Assembly (NCBI GenBank): GCA_964538375.1
Contig: CAZIFQ010000015.1
Span: forward strand, 13,425 to 77,424
Reading direction: 5' to 3'
Length of the DNA stretch: 64,000 bases
Source: an uncultured Bacteroidaceae bacterium
GTDB lineage: Bacteria > Bacteroidota > Bacteroidia > Bacteroidales > GCA-2748055
In this document: positions 37,481-47,200 of the stretch, in pieces
Position numbering within the stretch: the first letter of the stretch is position 1
How the letters are laid out: each line of letters starts with the position of its first letter
Program-made: the position numbers and the translations under genes
Notes under the pieces: generated by a model
Database searches by the model: none
The model's input: the letters and a program-made list of their open reading frames with translations, nothing else
Told to the model about the DNA's origin: nothing

Positions 37481-38563
37481 CTATAAAAACGGTGGTTTTA
37501 CTATCAAAGCCGGTACCTTTTTATTCCTGATTTGCAGGTAAATCCTGGTTCCCTCCTTTATATACTGTTTCTCAACATATCCCATGCCTATACCTTTTCC
37601 TGTGTAAGGTGACATTGTTCCCGAGGTGGCAATACCAATACGTGTACCATCCTCATTTAAAATATCATATCCTTTTCTGGGGATAGCTCTTTCCTCCATA
37701 ACGAAGCCCACTAATCTTCGCTTTATTCCTTCCTCTTTCTGCTTAATAAAAATATCTTTTGCTATGAAGTCATTACCATCTGTCAGTTTTGTAATCCATC
37801 CCAGTCCGGCCTCCAGTGGTGAAGTTGTCTCATCTATATCATTACCATAAAGGCAGAATCCCATTTCAAGTCGAAGTGTATCCCTGGCAGCCAATCCAAC
37901 TGGCATAATATTAAACTCCTCTCCTGCCTTCATGATCTCGGTCATGATATGAGCAGCATCTTCATTCTTCATATATATTTCAAAACCACCTGCACCGGTA
38001 TAACCATTATGGCTGATTATCACATCATTTTTCCCTGCCATGCTATCCACAGCAAATGCGTAATATGGAATGCCACTTAGATCTAAATCCGTGAGTTTTT
38101 GCAGCACTTTTATGGCATTGGGACCCTGCACAGCCAGTTGAGAAATCTGGGAGGAACCATTCTCTATACTGGCCCCTACGCTATTATTCTCTACCATCCA
38201 ATTCCAGTCTTTCTCCAGGTTGGAGGCATTAACAACAAGCAGGTATTTCTCCTCCGCAAATCTATATACAAGTAAATCATCAACAATACCTCCACTCCTG
38301 GTAGGCATGCATGAATACTGTATTTTTCCATTCTCCAGTTTCCTTACATCATTAGAAGTTATGCTCTGCACAAAAGCGCTCGCCTTCGGCCCCGTGACCC
38401 AAACTTCCCCCATATGTGAAACATCGAAAACCCCTACACTTTCCCTTACGCAAATATGTTCCTTTTTAACTCCTGAAAACTCAACCGGCATCTCAAATCC
38501 GGTAAATGGAACCATCTTTCCACCGTACTGTTGATGAATATCAAAAAATGCTGTTTTTTTCAT
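37481..38563 (-). CDS. gcvT: Glycine cleavage system aminomethyltransferase T
   Basis: KKTAFFDIHQQYGGKMVPFTGFEMPVEF, VGVFDVSHMGE, LAVQGP and GYTGAGGFE are present. 360 aa. Confidence 0.9.
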   Translation of the reverse strand: MKKTAFFDIHQQYGGKMVPFTGFEMPVEFSGVKKEHICVRESVGVFDVSHMGEVWVTGPKASAFVQSITSNDVRKLENGKIQYSCMPTRSGGIVDDLLVYRFAEEKYLLVVNASNLEKDWNWMVENNSVGASIENGSSQISQLAVQGPNAIKVLQKLTDLDLSGIPYYAFAVDSMAGKNDVIISHNGYTGAGGFEIYMKNEDAAHIMTEIMKAGEEFNIMPVGLAARDTLRLEMGFCLYGNDIDETTSPLEAGLGWITKLTDGNDFIAKDIFIKQKEEGIKRRLVGFVMEERAIPRKGYDILNEDGTRIGIATSGTMSPYTGKGIGMGYVEKQYIKEGTRIYLQIRNKKVPALIVKPPFL

Positions 38564-38601
38564 TTTTATAGTAAGTGTTGAAATAATAAAATATGTAAAA
38601 A

Positions 38602-38609
38602 CAAAAGTA
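38602..38609 (-). promoter_or_regulatory. -7 box TACTTTTG (minus strand) for gcvT
   Basis: The plus strand reads CAAAAGTA. This is an exact TAnnTTTG about 39 nt upstream of the ATG at 38563. Confidence 0.4.
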
Positions 38610-38640
38610 GTATTTCTTTACAGCGATTAAAATTGTTTAA

Positions 38641-38690
38641 TAGCACTAAATAAATAACCCGGCAGTTGCCGGGTTATTTATTTAGTGCTA
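38641..38690. terminator. Long palindromic terminator (24-bp perfect arms) after the OmpA-family gene
   Basis: The sequence is TAGCACTAAATAAATAACCCGGCA-gt-TGCCGGGTTATTTATTTAGTGCTA. A GC core is flanked by A/T tracts inside the arms. It starts 5 nt from the stop at 38695. Confidence 0.75.
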
Positions 38691-38694
38691 TTAT

Positions 38695-40782
38695 TTATTT
38701 ACTAAGTACTTCGAACTCAACCCTTCTGTTCATCTCCCGTCCTTCCGGGGTATCATTCGGAGCCACTGGCTGATCGTCGGCATATCCTACATACTCTAGT
38801 CGACTCTTATTGATTTTCTGTCCGCCTAAGTAATCAACAACTGCCTTGGCCCTGGCCTGTGACAATTTGGTATTTATACTCTTTGATCCGGTATTGTCGG
38901 TATGGCCGGAGATCTCCAGGCGGACTGTTTCATTATTCTCCAGGAATTTTGCCACCTGGTTAATTGATTCATAAGACTCAACTGTGAGCACCGACTTACC
39001 TGTCTCAAAATAGATGTTCTCCAAAACAACCTTTGTTCCAACCTCTATTCGCTGGAGATAGAAGTCGCGTTCAACCTGCTCGTCAGGATCCAGACCAGAC
39101 AGATCGATTATATCAAGAAAGTAAAGATATCCTGTTGCATTGATTTCGATAGCATATACTCCCGGCTTGGCCAATTGTGTTCGGTAGAAGCCATCTGCCC
39201 CGGTAACTCCATTTCCGGATATTTCTCCTGTATTGGGATCGATAAATGACAACCTGGCCATCACAGTAGTATCTACACCTCCAATCGTATCACGCACCTG
39301 GCCCATAACCATCAGTGTAGTATCAACTGACAGCAGTTCAGGCATGGTAAGGAAGCTATATCTTTCGGGGTAATCAGTTCCCGCGATAAGCCGATCTTTT
39401 GTCAGCGTAGATACCTCCTTCTCAGACCCGAGTGTAATTACTTTGTAGATATCTTTCGCGCCATAACCACCTTCCCGGATAGTTGCATAATATCCATAGA
39501 CACCTGTGATATCTGTGGTGTAAAATACTTCATCTTCAGGAGTATTTACCGGATAACCCAGGTTTTCAGGCGTTCTCCATCTTCCATCGTCTCCCTTCTC
39601 ACTCTTGAATATATCAAAGCCACCCATTGTGTTATGCCCCTTTGAAGCAAAATACATAGAATTACCATCGGAAGAGAGGAATAACCCTTCTTCATCGTAT
39701 TTCGAGTTTAGCAAGGTGCTTGCATTCTCTGGCTCATCCCATTTACCTTTTTCATTCAGTTTGGATACCAAAATATCTTTTCCTCCCCGGGTTAGTTCAG
39801 GATTTGTAGAAATAAAATAGAGCTCACGACCATTTGGCGACATAGCAGCAGAAGTTTCCTCTGAATCGGAACCCACCTTTCCGGGTAAAGACTTTGGCTT
39901 CTTCCATTTCAATTTATCTGGCTTGAAAGTGGCCATCTGGATATCTCCTCCATCCACGTCTCCCCTGTAAATAAAAAGGGATGCTCCGTCAGGAGAAACG
40001 CCTACAAGGGCATCGTTACTTTTTGAATTAAATGGTTTTCCCAGCGGATAACTTTCTGTGAGTATCCCGCTGTGAATAGGACTCAGGTAAATATCTTCAT
40101 TGAATTTATTGTCAATCTCATTTCGCTTTGACTTGTCATTAAACGGGCGCCTGGATGTAAAGAAGAGTGCAGTATCCTGGTAAGCAAACTTTGGATTGTA
40201 ATCATCGAATTTCGAGTTGATATTCTCCCCAAGATTCTGAATAATAACGCGCTGCGGCTCCTTCATAAACTCTTTTCCATATGTACATTCAATGATCAGC
40301 TTATCTATTCCATCGCTAAGATCCATCAGATCCTCAGATGGAGGCAATGCATTTCTGTAGAGTTGATAATGATCCTTCGCCTTATCAAATTCCAGGATCA
40401 GATGATAGGCCCTACCCAAAAGATAATCGATCTCTTCACTAATATCCGGTTTCAGATCATATGCCTTAAGGAGATAATCAATGGCTTTGACTTTATTATC
40501 GCTATACAGGTAGCAAATACCAATTTTATAGTTTAGTTCAGGATTATCAGCGTTATACTGATTTGCAAAAAGATAGAGGTCCCTTGCAACCGCAAATGTT
40601 CCAAATCCGGCAGTATAGAATTCATCACCTTCCTGGATACTTTTCCATGCATCTTTAAATCCCTCTTTCTGTTTAATCTTAAACTCCTTTTTATTTATGA
40701 TCACTACTTCCTGTGCAGAAAGAAGTGTTCCGCAAAAAATAAAAAGAATAAATACGCTTAGGGCTTTGAGTCTCATAGCCAA
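38695..40782 (-). CDS. OmpA-family protein: signal peptide, TPR, TolB-like beta-propeller repeats, CarboxypepD_reg-like domain, OmpA C-terminal domain
   Basis: Repeated PDG..LYF/PNGRELYF/SDGNSMYF blades indicate a WD40-like propeller. The C-terminus NIYFETGKSVL...LEISGHTDNTGS...N..LSQARAKAVVDYL...NRRVEF is the OmpA peptidoglycan-binding motif. Confidence 0.85.
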   Translation of the reverse strand: MAMRLKALSVFILFIFCGTLLSAQEVVIINKKEFKIKQKEGFKDAWKSIQEGDEFYTAGFGTFAVARDLYLFANQYNADNPELNYKIGICYLYSDNKVKAIDYLLKAYDLKPDISEEIDYLLGRAYHLILEFDKAKDHYQLYRNALPPSEDLMDLSDGIDKLIIECTYGKEFMKEPQRVIIQNLGENINSKFDDYNPKFAYQDTALFFTSRRPFNDKSKRNEIDNKFNEDIYLSPIHSGILTESYPLGKPFNSKSNDALVGVSPDGASLFIYRGDVDGGDIQMATFKPDKLKWKKPKSLPGKVGSDSEETSAAMSPNGRELYFISTNPELTRGGKDILVSKLNEKGKWDEPENASTLLNSKYDEEGLFLSSDGNSMYFASKGHNTMGGFDIFKSEKGDDGRWRTPENLGYPVNTPEDEVFYTTDITGVYGYYATIREGGYGAKDIYKVITLGSEKEVSTLTKDRLIAGTDYPERYSFLTMPELLSVDTTLMVMGQVRDTIGGVDTTVMARLSFIDPNTGEISGNGVTGADGFYRTQLAKPGVYAIEINATGYLYFLDIIDLSGLDPDEQVERDFYLQRIEVGTKVVLENIYFETGKSVLTVESYESINQVAKFLENNETVRLEISGHTDNTGSKSINTKLSQARAKAVVDYLGGQKINKSRLEYVGYADDQPVAPNDTPEGREMNRRVEFEVLSK

Positions 40783-40794
40783 TATTTTTATAAA

Positions 40795-41829
40795 TTATTT
40801 ACATTCTTTAAGGTACTCCGTTGCTTGCTCTATTCCATAATTCAGAGCGGCGTTCCAATCCTCACAGGCACCAACCACATTTCCCTGTAATTCTCTTACC
40901 AGTCCACGGTTCAAATAGAGAATTCCAACAGATGGATTTTCTGCTATCGCCTCATCCAGAATTGATATTGCAGAGATGTAGTCCATCAGCTTAGTCTTGG
41001 CACTAGCAGTATTTAATTTTGCTTCCATAAATCCATTCTCAAGCTCTATCGCTCTAGAAAAATCCACCAGTGCAGTATCCAGATATCCCATCTGGTAGTT
41101 CGCATAACCCCGGTTGTTGTATGCCAGGTAAAGATTTGGATCCTGTTCAATCGCAGTTGAAAAATCCTCAATGGCACCTTCATAATCTCCCAGGATAATC
41201 TTTACTGAGCCCATATTGTTATATGCAATTGGAAACTCCCCCAGGTAGTTTATTGCAGTTTTGTAATCATATAAAGCCCCATTGTAATCACCTAAGCGAC
41301 GTTTTATACCAGCCCTGTCATGATATGCCAAAGGCATTTCATCATTCAGGTCAATTGATTTATTGAAATATATCAGTGCTTTATCATCATTCCCTTTAAG
41401 AAGATAGAGTAAACCTAACTGGTAATCCCCTTCTGCATTTTCAAAGCCCTTTTCAATAGCTACCAGGAGGTGTTCCATGCTTATACCTGTTGTATCAGTT
41501 GCTGACATCAGGTAACCTTTATAGAAATATGCCTCTCCCATGCTCCTGTCTTTGGAGATCGCAATATCAAGATCCTGCAGGGCCTCTTCTGTTTGTCCAA
41601 GTTCAGCTTTCACCCTGCCACGCTGCATGTACGCCACGGCATAAGCATCGTCTAATTCAATGCAATTGTTAAAATCTGTAATCGCATCAGTATAGTTCTG
41701 ATTGTAGATATTCTCAAGCCCTGCGTTATACGATCTTGCCAGCTGTCGACGCTCCTTAAAAGTAAGTTGAGCATCTGTTACTGCAGCAAACAGCACAAGG
41801 AAGCTAACAATTAAGAATGATTTTTTCAT
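40795..41829 (-). CDS. TPR-repeat protein with signal peptide (344 aa from ATG 41829)
   Basis: The signal peptide is MKKSFLIVSFLVLFAAVTDAQ. About eight tandem TPR units follow (AYNNRGYANYQMGYLDTALVDFSRAIELEN and similar). Confidence 0.8.
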   Translation of the reverse strand: MKKSFLIVSFLVLFAAVTDAQLTFKERRQLARSYNAGLENIYNQNYTDAITDFNNCIELDDAYAVAYMQRGRVKAELGQTEEALQDLDIAISKDRSMGEAYFYKGYLMSATDTTGISMEHLLVAIEKGFENAEGDYQLGLLYLLKGNDDKALIYFNKSIDLNDEMPLAYHDRAGIKRRLGDYNGALYDYKTAINYLGEFPIAYNNMGSVKIILGDYEGAIEDFSTAIEQDPNLYLAYNNRGYANYQMGYLDTALVDFSRAIELENGFMEAKLNTASAKTKLMDYISAISILDEAIAENPSVGILYLNRGLVRELQGNVVGACEDWNAALNYGIEQATEYLKECK

Positions 41830-42150
41830 GTGAATAAAATTTATTTTTGTTTGCCACATGAACCCCAAAGGCTCAACGAAGCTATATATGTACTATTATT
41901 TCGTGCTATAAGTTATGGTATTATTTTCAAATTTGAATCTAACACCACAATATTTATAACTAAATTAATACTAAAAAGGTTTCATCCAATACTACAATTA
42001 ATAAAAAGTAGGATGAGAACTCCCGGGAAAACTATTTCTTGTCATATTTCATTATTCCGAAAAATAATCCACCTGTTCGTTTCTTTTCTAAAAATAAAAA
42101 AATAATTTTAGTGTTTTATCTATATTTATTAACGAAAGGAGTTTTAAGCA

Positions 42151-42486
42151 ATGATCACAGATTTATCGTATCTAAAATCACTAGCAAATAATGATGAGAG
42201 TTTTATCAGAGATATGATAAATATCTTCAAAGAGCAGTTCGAAGAATATAGGATTGAAATGCCTGATCTGCTTGAAAAATCCGATTTCAATAATCTCTCA
42301 AAGATGGCCCACAAAGCTAAGTCTTCCGTTGCAGTTATGGGAATGACAAGTGAAGCAGACATATTGCAAAAACTTGAAATCCTCAGCAAAACAGGTAAGC
42401 AGTCGGAGGATTATGCAGAGATGATCAATATCTTTATTACACAAACGAGTGAGGCCATTAGTGAACTTGAACAAACATATCCATAA
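42151..42486 (+). CDS. Stand-alone Hpt (histidine phosphotransfer) domain protein, 111 aa
   Basis: The predicted four-helix layout has the phospho-acceptor context LSKMAHKAKSSVAVMGM (His54, H-K-x-K-S/G-S pattern). Confidence 0.7.
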   Translation: MITDLSYLKSLANNDESFIRDMINIFKEQFEEYRIEMPDLLEKSDFNNLSKMAHKAKSSVAVMGMTSEADILQKLEILSKTGKQSEDYAEMINIFITQTSEAISELEQTYP

Positions 42487-42498
42487 AACAGTAAAACC

Positions 42499-42834
42499 AT
42501 GTTAGATACTAATGAATCAAATGGAGTTTTAGTTGTAAATTTCAAAGATACTGATCGGTTCAATGCACTTATTGCTGAGCCGGTAAAAGAGCGCTTACTA
42601 GGATATTACAGCAACCCGAAAACAAAATTAGCACTTGATCTCAGGGGTATTAAGTTCATTGATAGTTCTGGATTCAGCGTATTTTTATCGGCCATGAGAG
42701 CTGCCAGCAATAGCAATGGACAGTTTAAGATTTGTAATGTAAATGCTGAAGTGAAGGAACTATTCGAGGTGTTGCAATTACACAATGTTTTTGAAATGTA
42801 CGAAACACTAGATGAGTGTTTAGCTAGTTTTTAA
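42499..42834 (+). CDS. STAS-domain protein (SpoIIAA-like anti-sigma-factor antagonist), 111 aa
   Basis: LDLRGIKFIDSSGFSVFLSA carries the conserved DSSG phosphorylatable-Ser loop. The size and beta-alpha pattern fit a STAS domain. Confidence 0.8.
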   Translation: MLDTNESNGVLVVNFKDTDRFNALIAEPVKERLLGYYSNPKTKLALDLRGIKFIDSSGFSVFLSAMRAASNSNGQFKICNVNAEVKELFEVLQLHNVFEMYETLDECLASF

Positions 42835-42883
42835 TTACTAAAATTGTTACTAATATTGTTCCCTTAATTTATAATAAAAAACC

Positions 42884-43369
42884 ATGAAAAAATTACTTGT
42901 TTTAATTGTTTTACTCGCTGCTTTAGTTTCCTGTAATCAGGGAGAAAAAAAGGCAGCTGTTACTGATGCTATAGATGAAACTGAAGTTTCTGCAAGCATG
43001 CTTACTGTTAAGGGAATTCTCGAATCTCCGGGAGATTATGAAGACAGCGAAATTAAAATTACAGGAATGGTTACGCATGTATGCTCACATGGCGGACAAA
43101 AGCTGTTTATTATTGGAGATGATCCTGATCAACAACTGCGCATTAATGTTGGAGAAGGAATTGCTGAATTTGACAAAGCGCTTGAAGGCAGCACTGTTGA
43201 GTTTATTGGAACATTCAAAATAATGGAAGAAGAGCAAACTGCTGAACTGGCAAAGGAGAATGAAGAGAAAGATCATCACACAGGAGATGAGGCTCATGCA
43301 AAAGCTGAGAGTGCCAGTTATTTTATTGAAGCAACTGAATACAAGGAATTAGCTGCTGAAATAATTTAA
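42884..43369 (+). CDS. Lipoprotein of unknown function (161 aa)
   Basis: The lipobox is LLAALVSC. The C-terminal third is acidic and His-containing (EEKDHHTGDEAHAKAE). Confidence 0.6.
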   Translation: MKKLLVLIVLLAALVSCNQGEKKAAVTDAIDETEVSASMLTVKGILESPGDYEDSEIKITGMVTHVCSHGGQKLFIIGDDPDQQLRINVGEGIAEFDKALEGSTVEFIGTFKIMEEEQTAELAKENEEKDHHTGDEAHAKAESASYFIEATEYKELAAEII

Positions 43370-43399
43370 TTTTCTTTCTAAATAAAATACGGACTCTGT

Positions 43400-43966
43400 A
43401 TGAAATGGCGTAAATGGAATCGGTGGTTACACCGTGAGCTGGGGTATATATTTTTTGGAATGACTATAATATATGGGGTCTCAGGCATCGCTCTCAATCA
43501 TGGCGTAGCCAAACACTGGAATCCTTCCCTGGTAGCAAAATCGGAACACATTGAAGGTATTGAAAAGGTCTCTACTGAGGGTATAAACAGAAATTATGTA
43601 CTTGATATCTTATTGCTCACGGGAGAAAGAGATAATTTCAAGCAGTATTATATGCCAAATGATTCATCAGTAATGATCTATTTGAAAAATGGACACATTA
43701 CTGTTGATATCAGCTCGGGAGAGGCCTACCTGACGAAGGTTCGAAACAGACCTGTATTCAAAGAGTTTAATTTTCTACACTATAACAAGCCAAAAAAACT
43801 ATGGACCTGGTTCTCAGATATATTCGGATTATCTCTTGTGCTGATGGCTATTAGCGGGCTGTTCATGGTACGTGGTAAAAAGGGGATTACGGGCCAGGGA
43901 GCAGTGCTGGTTATCATCGGTGTATTGATACCGCTGATTTTTCTGACATTGTATTTATGGATTTAG
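43400..43966 (+). CDS. PepSY-associated TM-helix domain protein (short form, 188 aa)
   Basis: The N-terminus WRKWNRWLHRELGYIFFGMTIIYGVSGIALNH is typical of PepSY_TM proteins. C-terminal TM helices are present. Confidence 0.65.
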   Translation: MKWRKWNRWLHRELGYIFFGMTIIYGVSGIALNHGVAKHWNPSLVAKSEHIEGIEKVSTEGINRNYVLDILLLTGERDNFKQYYMPNDSSVMIYLKNGHITVDISSGEAYLTKVRNRPVFKEFNFLHYNKPKKLWTWFSDIFGLSLVLMAISGLFMVRGKKGITGQGAVLVIIGVLIPLIFLTLYLWI

Positions 43967-44009
43967 GAATTAGGTATTAGGTGTCAGGGAACATTTGGAT
44001 TCAGTGAAT

Positions 44010-44033
44010 AGACGCGATAAATCGCGTCTCTAC
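44010..44033. repeat. REP-like hairpin element (AGACGCGAT-AA-ATCGCGTCT-CTAC), perfect 9-bp arms
   Basis: Read directly. It is flanked by low-complexity TAGGTATTAGGTGTCAGGG and GGGACACTGGGCACTGGACACC. Track ORF 43995..44183 (RRDKSRLYGTLGTGH) is its translation artefact. Confidence 0.7.
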
Positions 44034-44207
44034 GGGACACTGGGCACTGGACACCAATTGTCAGTATCTTACATCAAACCTTCACAAAAGTTTCTGTGTG
44101 TGAGGCAGGCTTTACATATGCTTGTGCCATTTGTGATTAATTTCTTATCTTCGGGTAGTTTGTGGTATTTTCTTGAAATATAGTGTCTCACCTTTAACTA
44201 ATTCAAA

Positions 44208-47200
44208 ATGAGTGAAAAGATTCTTGAAGCGCTAATGCAGCTTTTCGCCATTATCGCCAAACCCGAAAGTTTAGCAGCAGATCGAAGGGCTGTTGTGGAA
44301 TCATTTCTTAGCAAACAACTTAACCAGGAGCTGGTGGCAGAATTCCTGGAAGTCTACGACATGTATTTCAACAAATTCACCGAAGAAGATGGTAAGAAGA
44401 CAAAAAAAGCCAGTCGCATACTTGCCCGCAGGTCTGTAAGAGTTTTAAAGATTTGTACTGCTATAAATGAAGAATTAACACAACAGCAAAAAGTGGTGGT
44501 TCTGATTCAGTTGCTTGAGTTTATTAAGGCAGATAATGAAAAAGTGACGGAGCAGGAACTGGAATTCCTATTCACTGTTGCCGATACTTTTAATATAGCC
44601 GCAGAAGAATACGAATCTATTCGCGAATTTGTATTAAACGATGATAAACTCATCCCCTCTGTTCATTTTCTTTTTGTTGATGATTCAAAAAAAGGCCGTG
44701 GATTGCCGCCAGGGGCAAAACACATTTTTAGGGAGAATTTATCAGGACAGATACGGGTAATTCATATACTCTCCACTAACCTTTATTTTGTAAAGTATAT
44801 CGGACAAGGTGAGATATATATCAATGGACAATTGCTCGAGCAATACAAATCATACCCCTTAAATACCGGTTCTTCGATTAGAAACCAACAAATTAAACCG
44901 GTATACTACAGTGATATAGTTAGTTCCTTTGTTGGAGACAGGATAAAATCTAAAATTGTTTTTGAAGCAGATCATATTGGATTTAAGTTTCCAAATGGAG
45001 CTATCGGGCTTCATGATATTAATTTTGCCGAGACGTCAGGACGACTTGTAGGAATCATGGGAGCCAGTGGTGCAGGTAAATCTACCCTACTGAATGTACT
45101 AAACGGAACTCACGAGCCCACCAGTGGAGGTGTTCTCATCAATGGCATCAATATTCACAGCGGCGATCCGGCCGTAAAAGGAATCATAGGACATGTTTCA
45201 CAGGATGATCTGTTGATTGAAGAGCTCAGTGTTTTTCAGAATCTTTACTATAATGCCAAACTCTGTTTCGACAATTACAATGAGGAGCAATTGGTAGAAA
45301 CAGTCAACAACGTATTAGTGAGCCTGGGACTGTTTGAAATCAAGGGAATTCAGGTTGGTTCTCCGCTGAATAAAAAAATTAGTGGCGGACAACGAAAACG
45401 CCTGAACATTGCCCTGGAGCTGATACGTGAACCTGCAGTTCTTTTCCTTGATGAACCAACTTCAGGTCTTTCCAGCAGGGACAGTGAGAATATACTTGAC
45501 CTCCTGAAGGAACTTTCCCTGAAAGGAAAGCTGGTATTTGTTGTAATACACCAACCTTCATCAGACATTTTCAAGATGTTTGACAGATTGCTGATATTGG
45601 ATACTGGTGGGTTTCTTATATATAATGGTAATCCCATTGATTCCATCATGTACTTCAAGTCGAAAGTACAGCATGCCGACTGGAATGAAAGTGAGTGTCA
45701 TGAATGCGGTAATGTAAATCCGGAGCAGGTATTTAATATTGTTGAAACCAATGTTCTGGATGAATATGGGAAACTGACCCATACGAGAAGGATCTCTCCC
45801 AAGCAATGGAGCGAGTATTTCAGGGAAGAATACAAAGAGGCAGATCAACCCGTCGCTACCAAAGAAGACCTTCCAGAAATATCTTTTAAAACTCCCAACA
45901 GGTTCAAGCAGTTCCTGGTTTTCCTCAAGCGTGACATACTCAAGAAGCTGAGTGATACCCAGTACCTCGTTATCAACTTCATGGAAGCACCTTTACTGGC
46001 CTTCCTCCTGGCTTTTATTGTGAAATACTACAGTGTTAGTGTGACCAATAAATTTGGTTATACCATATCGGAAAACAGCAACATGCCGGTCTATATCTTC
46101 ATGTCAGTTATCGTAGCCCTTTTTATGGGGCTCACGGTAAGTGCTGAAGAAATTATTAAAGATCGAAAAATTCTTAAAAGGGAATCCTTCCTGAACCTGA
46201 GTTGGTCGGGATATCTCTTCTCTAAAGTGGGCGTTCAATTTGCCCTATCGGCTATACAGGCAGCAACATTTGTACTTGTTGGTAACAGTATTATGGAGAT
46301 CAAGGGAATGTATTTCGAATACTGGGTTGTTCTTTTCTCTTCATGGGCCGCTGCCAATGTCACGGGGTTGTTGATATCCGACAGCTTCAAAACAGTAGTA
46401 ACTATTTACATACTCATTCCATTCCTGGTTATCCCGCAAATCATTCTCAGCGGTATCATTGTGAAATTCGAGAATCTGAATCCACAGATTTCCACCCCAA
46501 GCAGAATTCCAATTTACGGTGAAATTATAACTGCACGCTGGGCTTATGAGGGTCTGGCCACATACCAGTTCATGGAAAATGACTATCAGAAAAACTTCTA
46601 CCAGCAAGAAAAGATAAAGAGTGTCGCTGAGTTTAAATCTAATTTCTTATTGAAAAACCTTCAGAATAAACTGGTTGTAATAAGTGAAAATTACAAGGAT
46701 CCCGAGAAAGCAGAGCTCATTGCAGGGCACCTTGATTTAATTCGCAATGAATTGGACAAGGAATATAAGAGCAGAATGGTATTCAAAACTTACTGTGAAG
46801 ATGCTCCCGGCTACAAGATGAAATACCTTGATCAGTTGGTCCCGGGAGAAATCAATGATACTATACTTACTTATACTGATGAATATCTCCAGGCACTGTC
46901 TAAAGCATATACTGATATATACAGGGATGCGTTCAGAGAGAGCAATGCAATCAAGCAGAAATTCGACCTGGAAGAATTACAGGAGATGAAGAGAAAGCAT
47001 CACAACACTGCATTGGCTGATTTTGTAACCAATAAGAATGAATTTGAGAAGATAGTTGAGTATAAAGGACAGCTGATTCAAAAAGCTTCCCCAATTTACC
47101 TGGATCCTTCTTCCAAGTTTATTAAGGCGCATTTTTACGCTCCTCGAAAGATGATATTTGGAACCTTCATCCGCACGCTGTGGGCCAATGTAATAATCAT

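Noticed and set aside
38564-38640. Glycine riboswitch upstream of gcvT
   Set aside because: An exact -7 box lies only ~39 nt upstream of the ATG. That leaves far too little 5' UTR for a ~100-200-nt glycine riboswitch, and no conserved riboswitch core was visible.
41830-42105. 91-codon GTG-initiated ORF filling the divergent intergenic region between the TPR gene and the Hpt gene
   Set aside because: Its K/I/F/L-rich composition mirrors AT-rich non-coding DNA. It overlaps the region needed for two divergent promoters, has no motif and no ATG start. An open frame of this length in AT-rich DNA is mildly unusual, so checking conservation would be cheap.
43995-44183. 62-aa ORF (MDSVNRRDKSRLYGTLGTGHQ...)
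   Set aside because: Its N-terminus is simply the translation of the REP-like hairpin and the flanking GGGCACTGG low-complexity DNA. It is the kind of spurious ORF typically generated by intergenic repeats.
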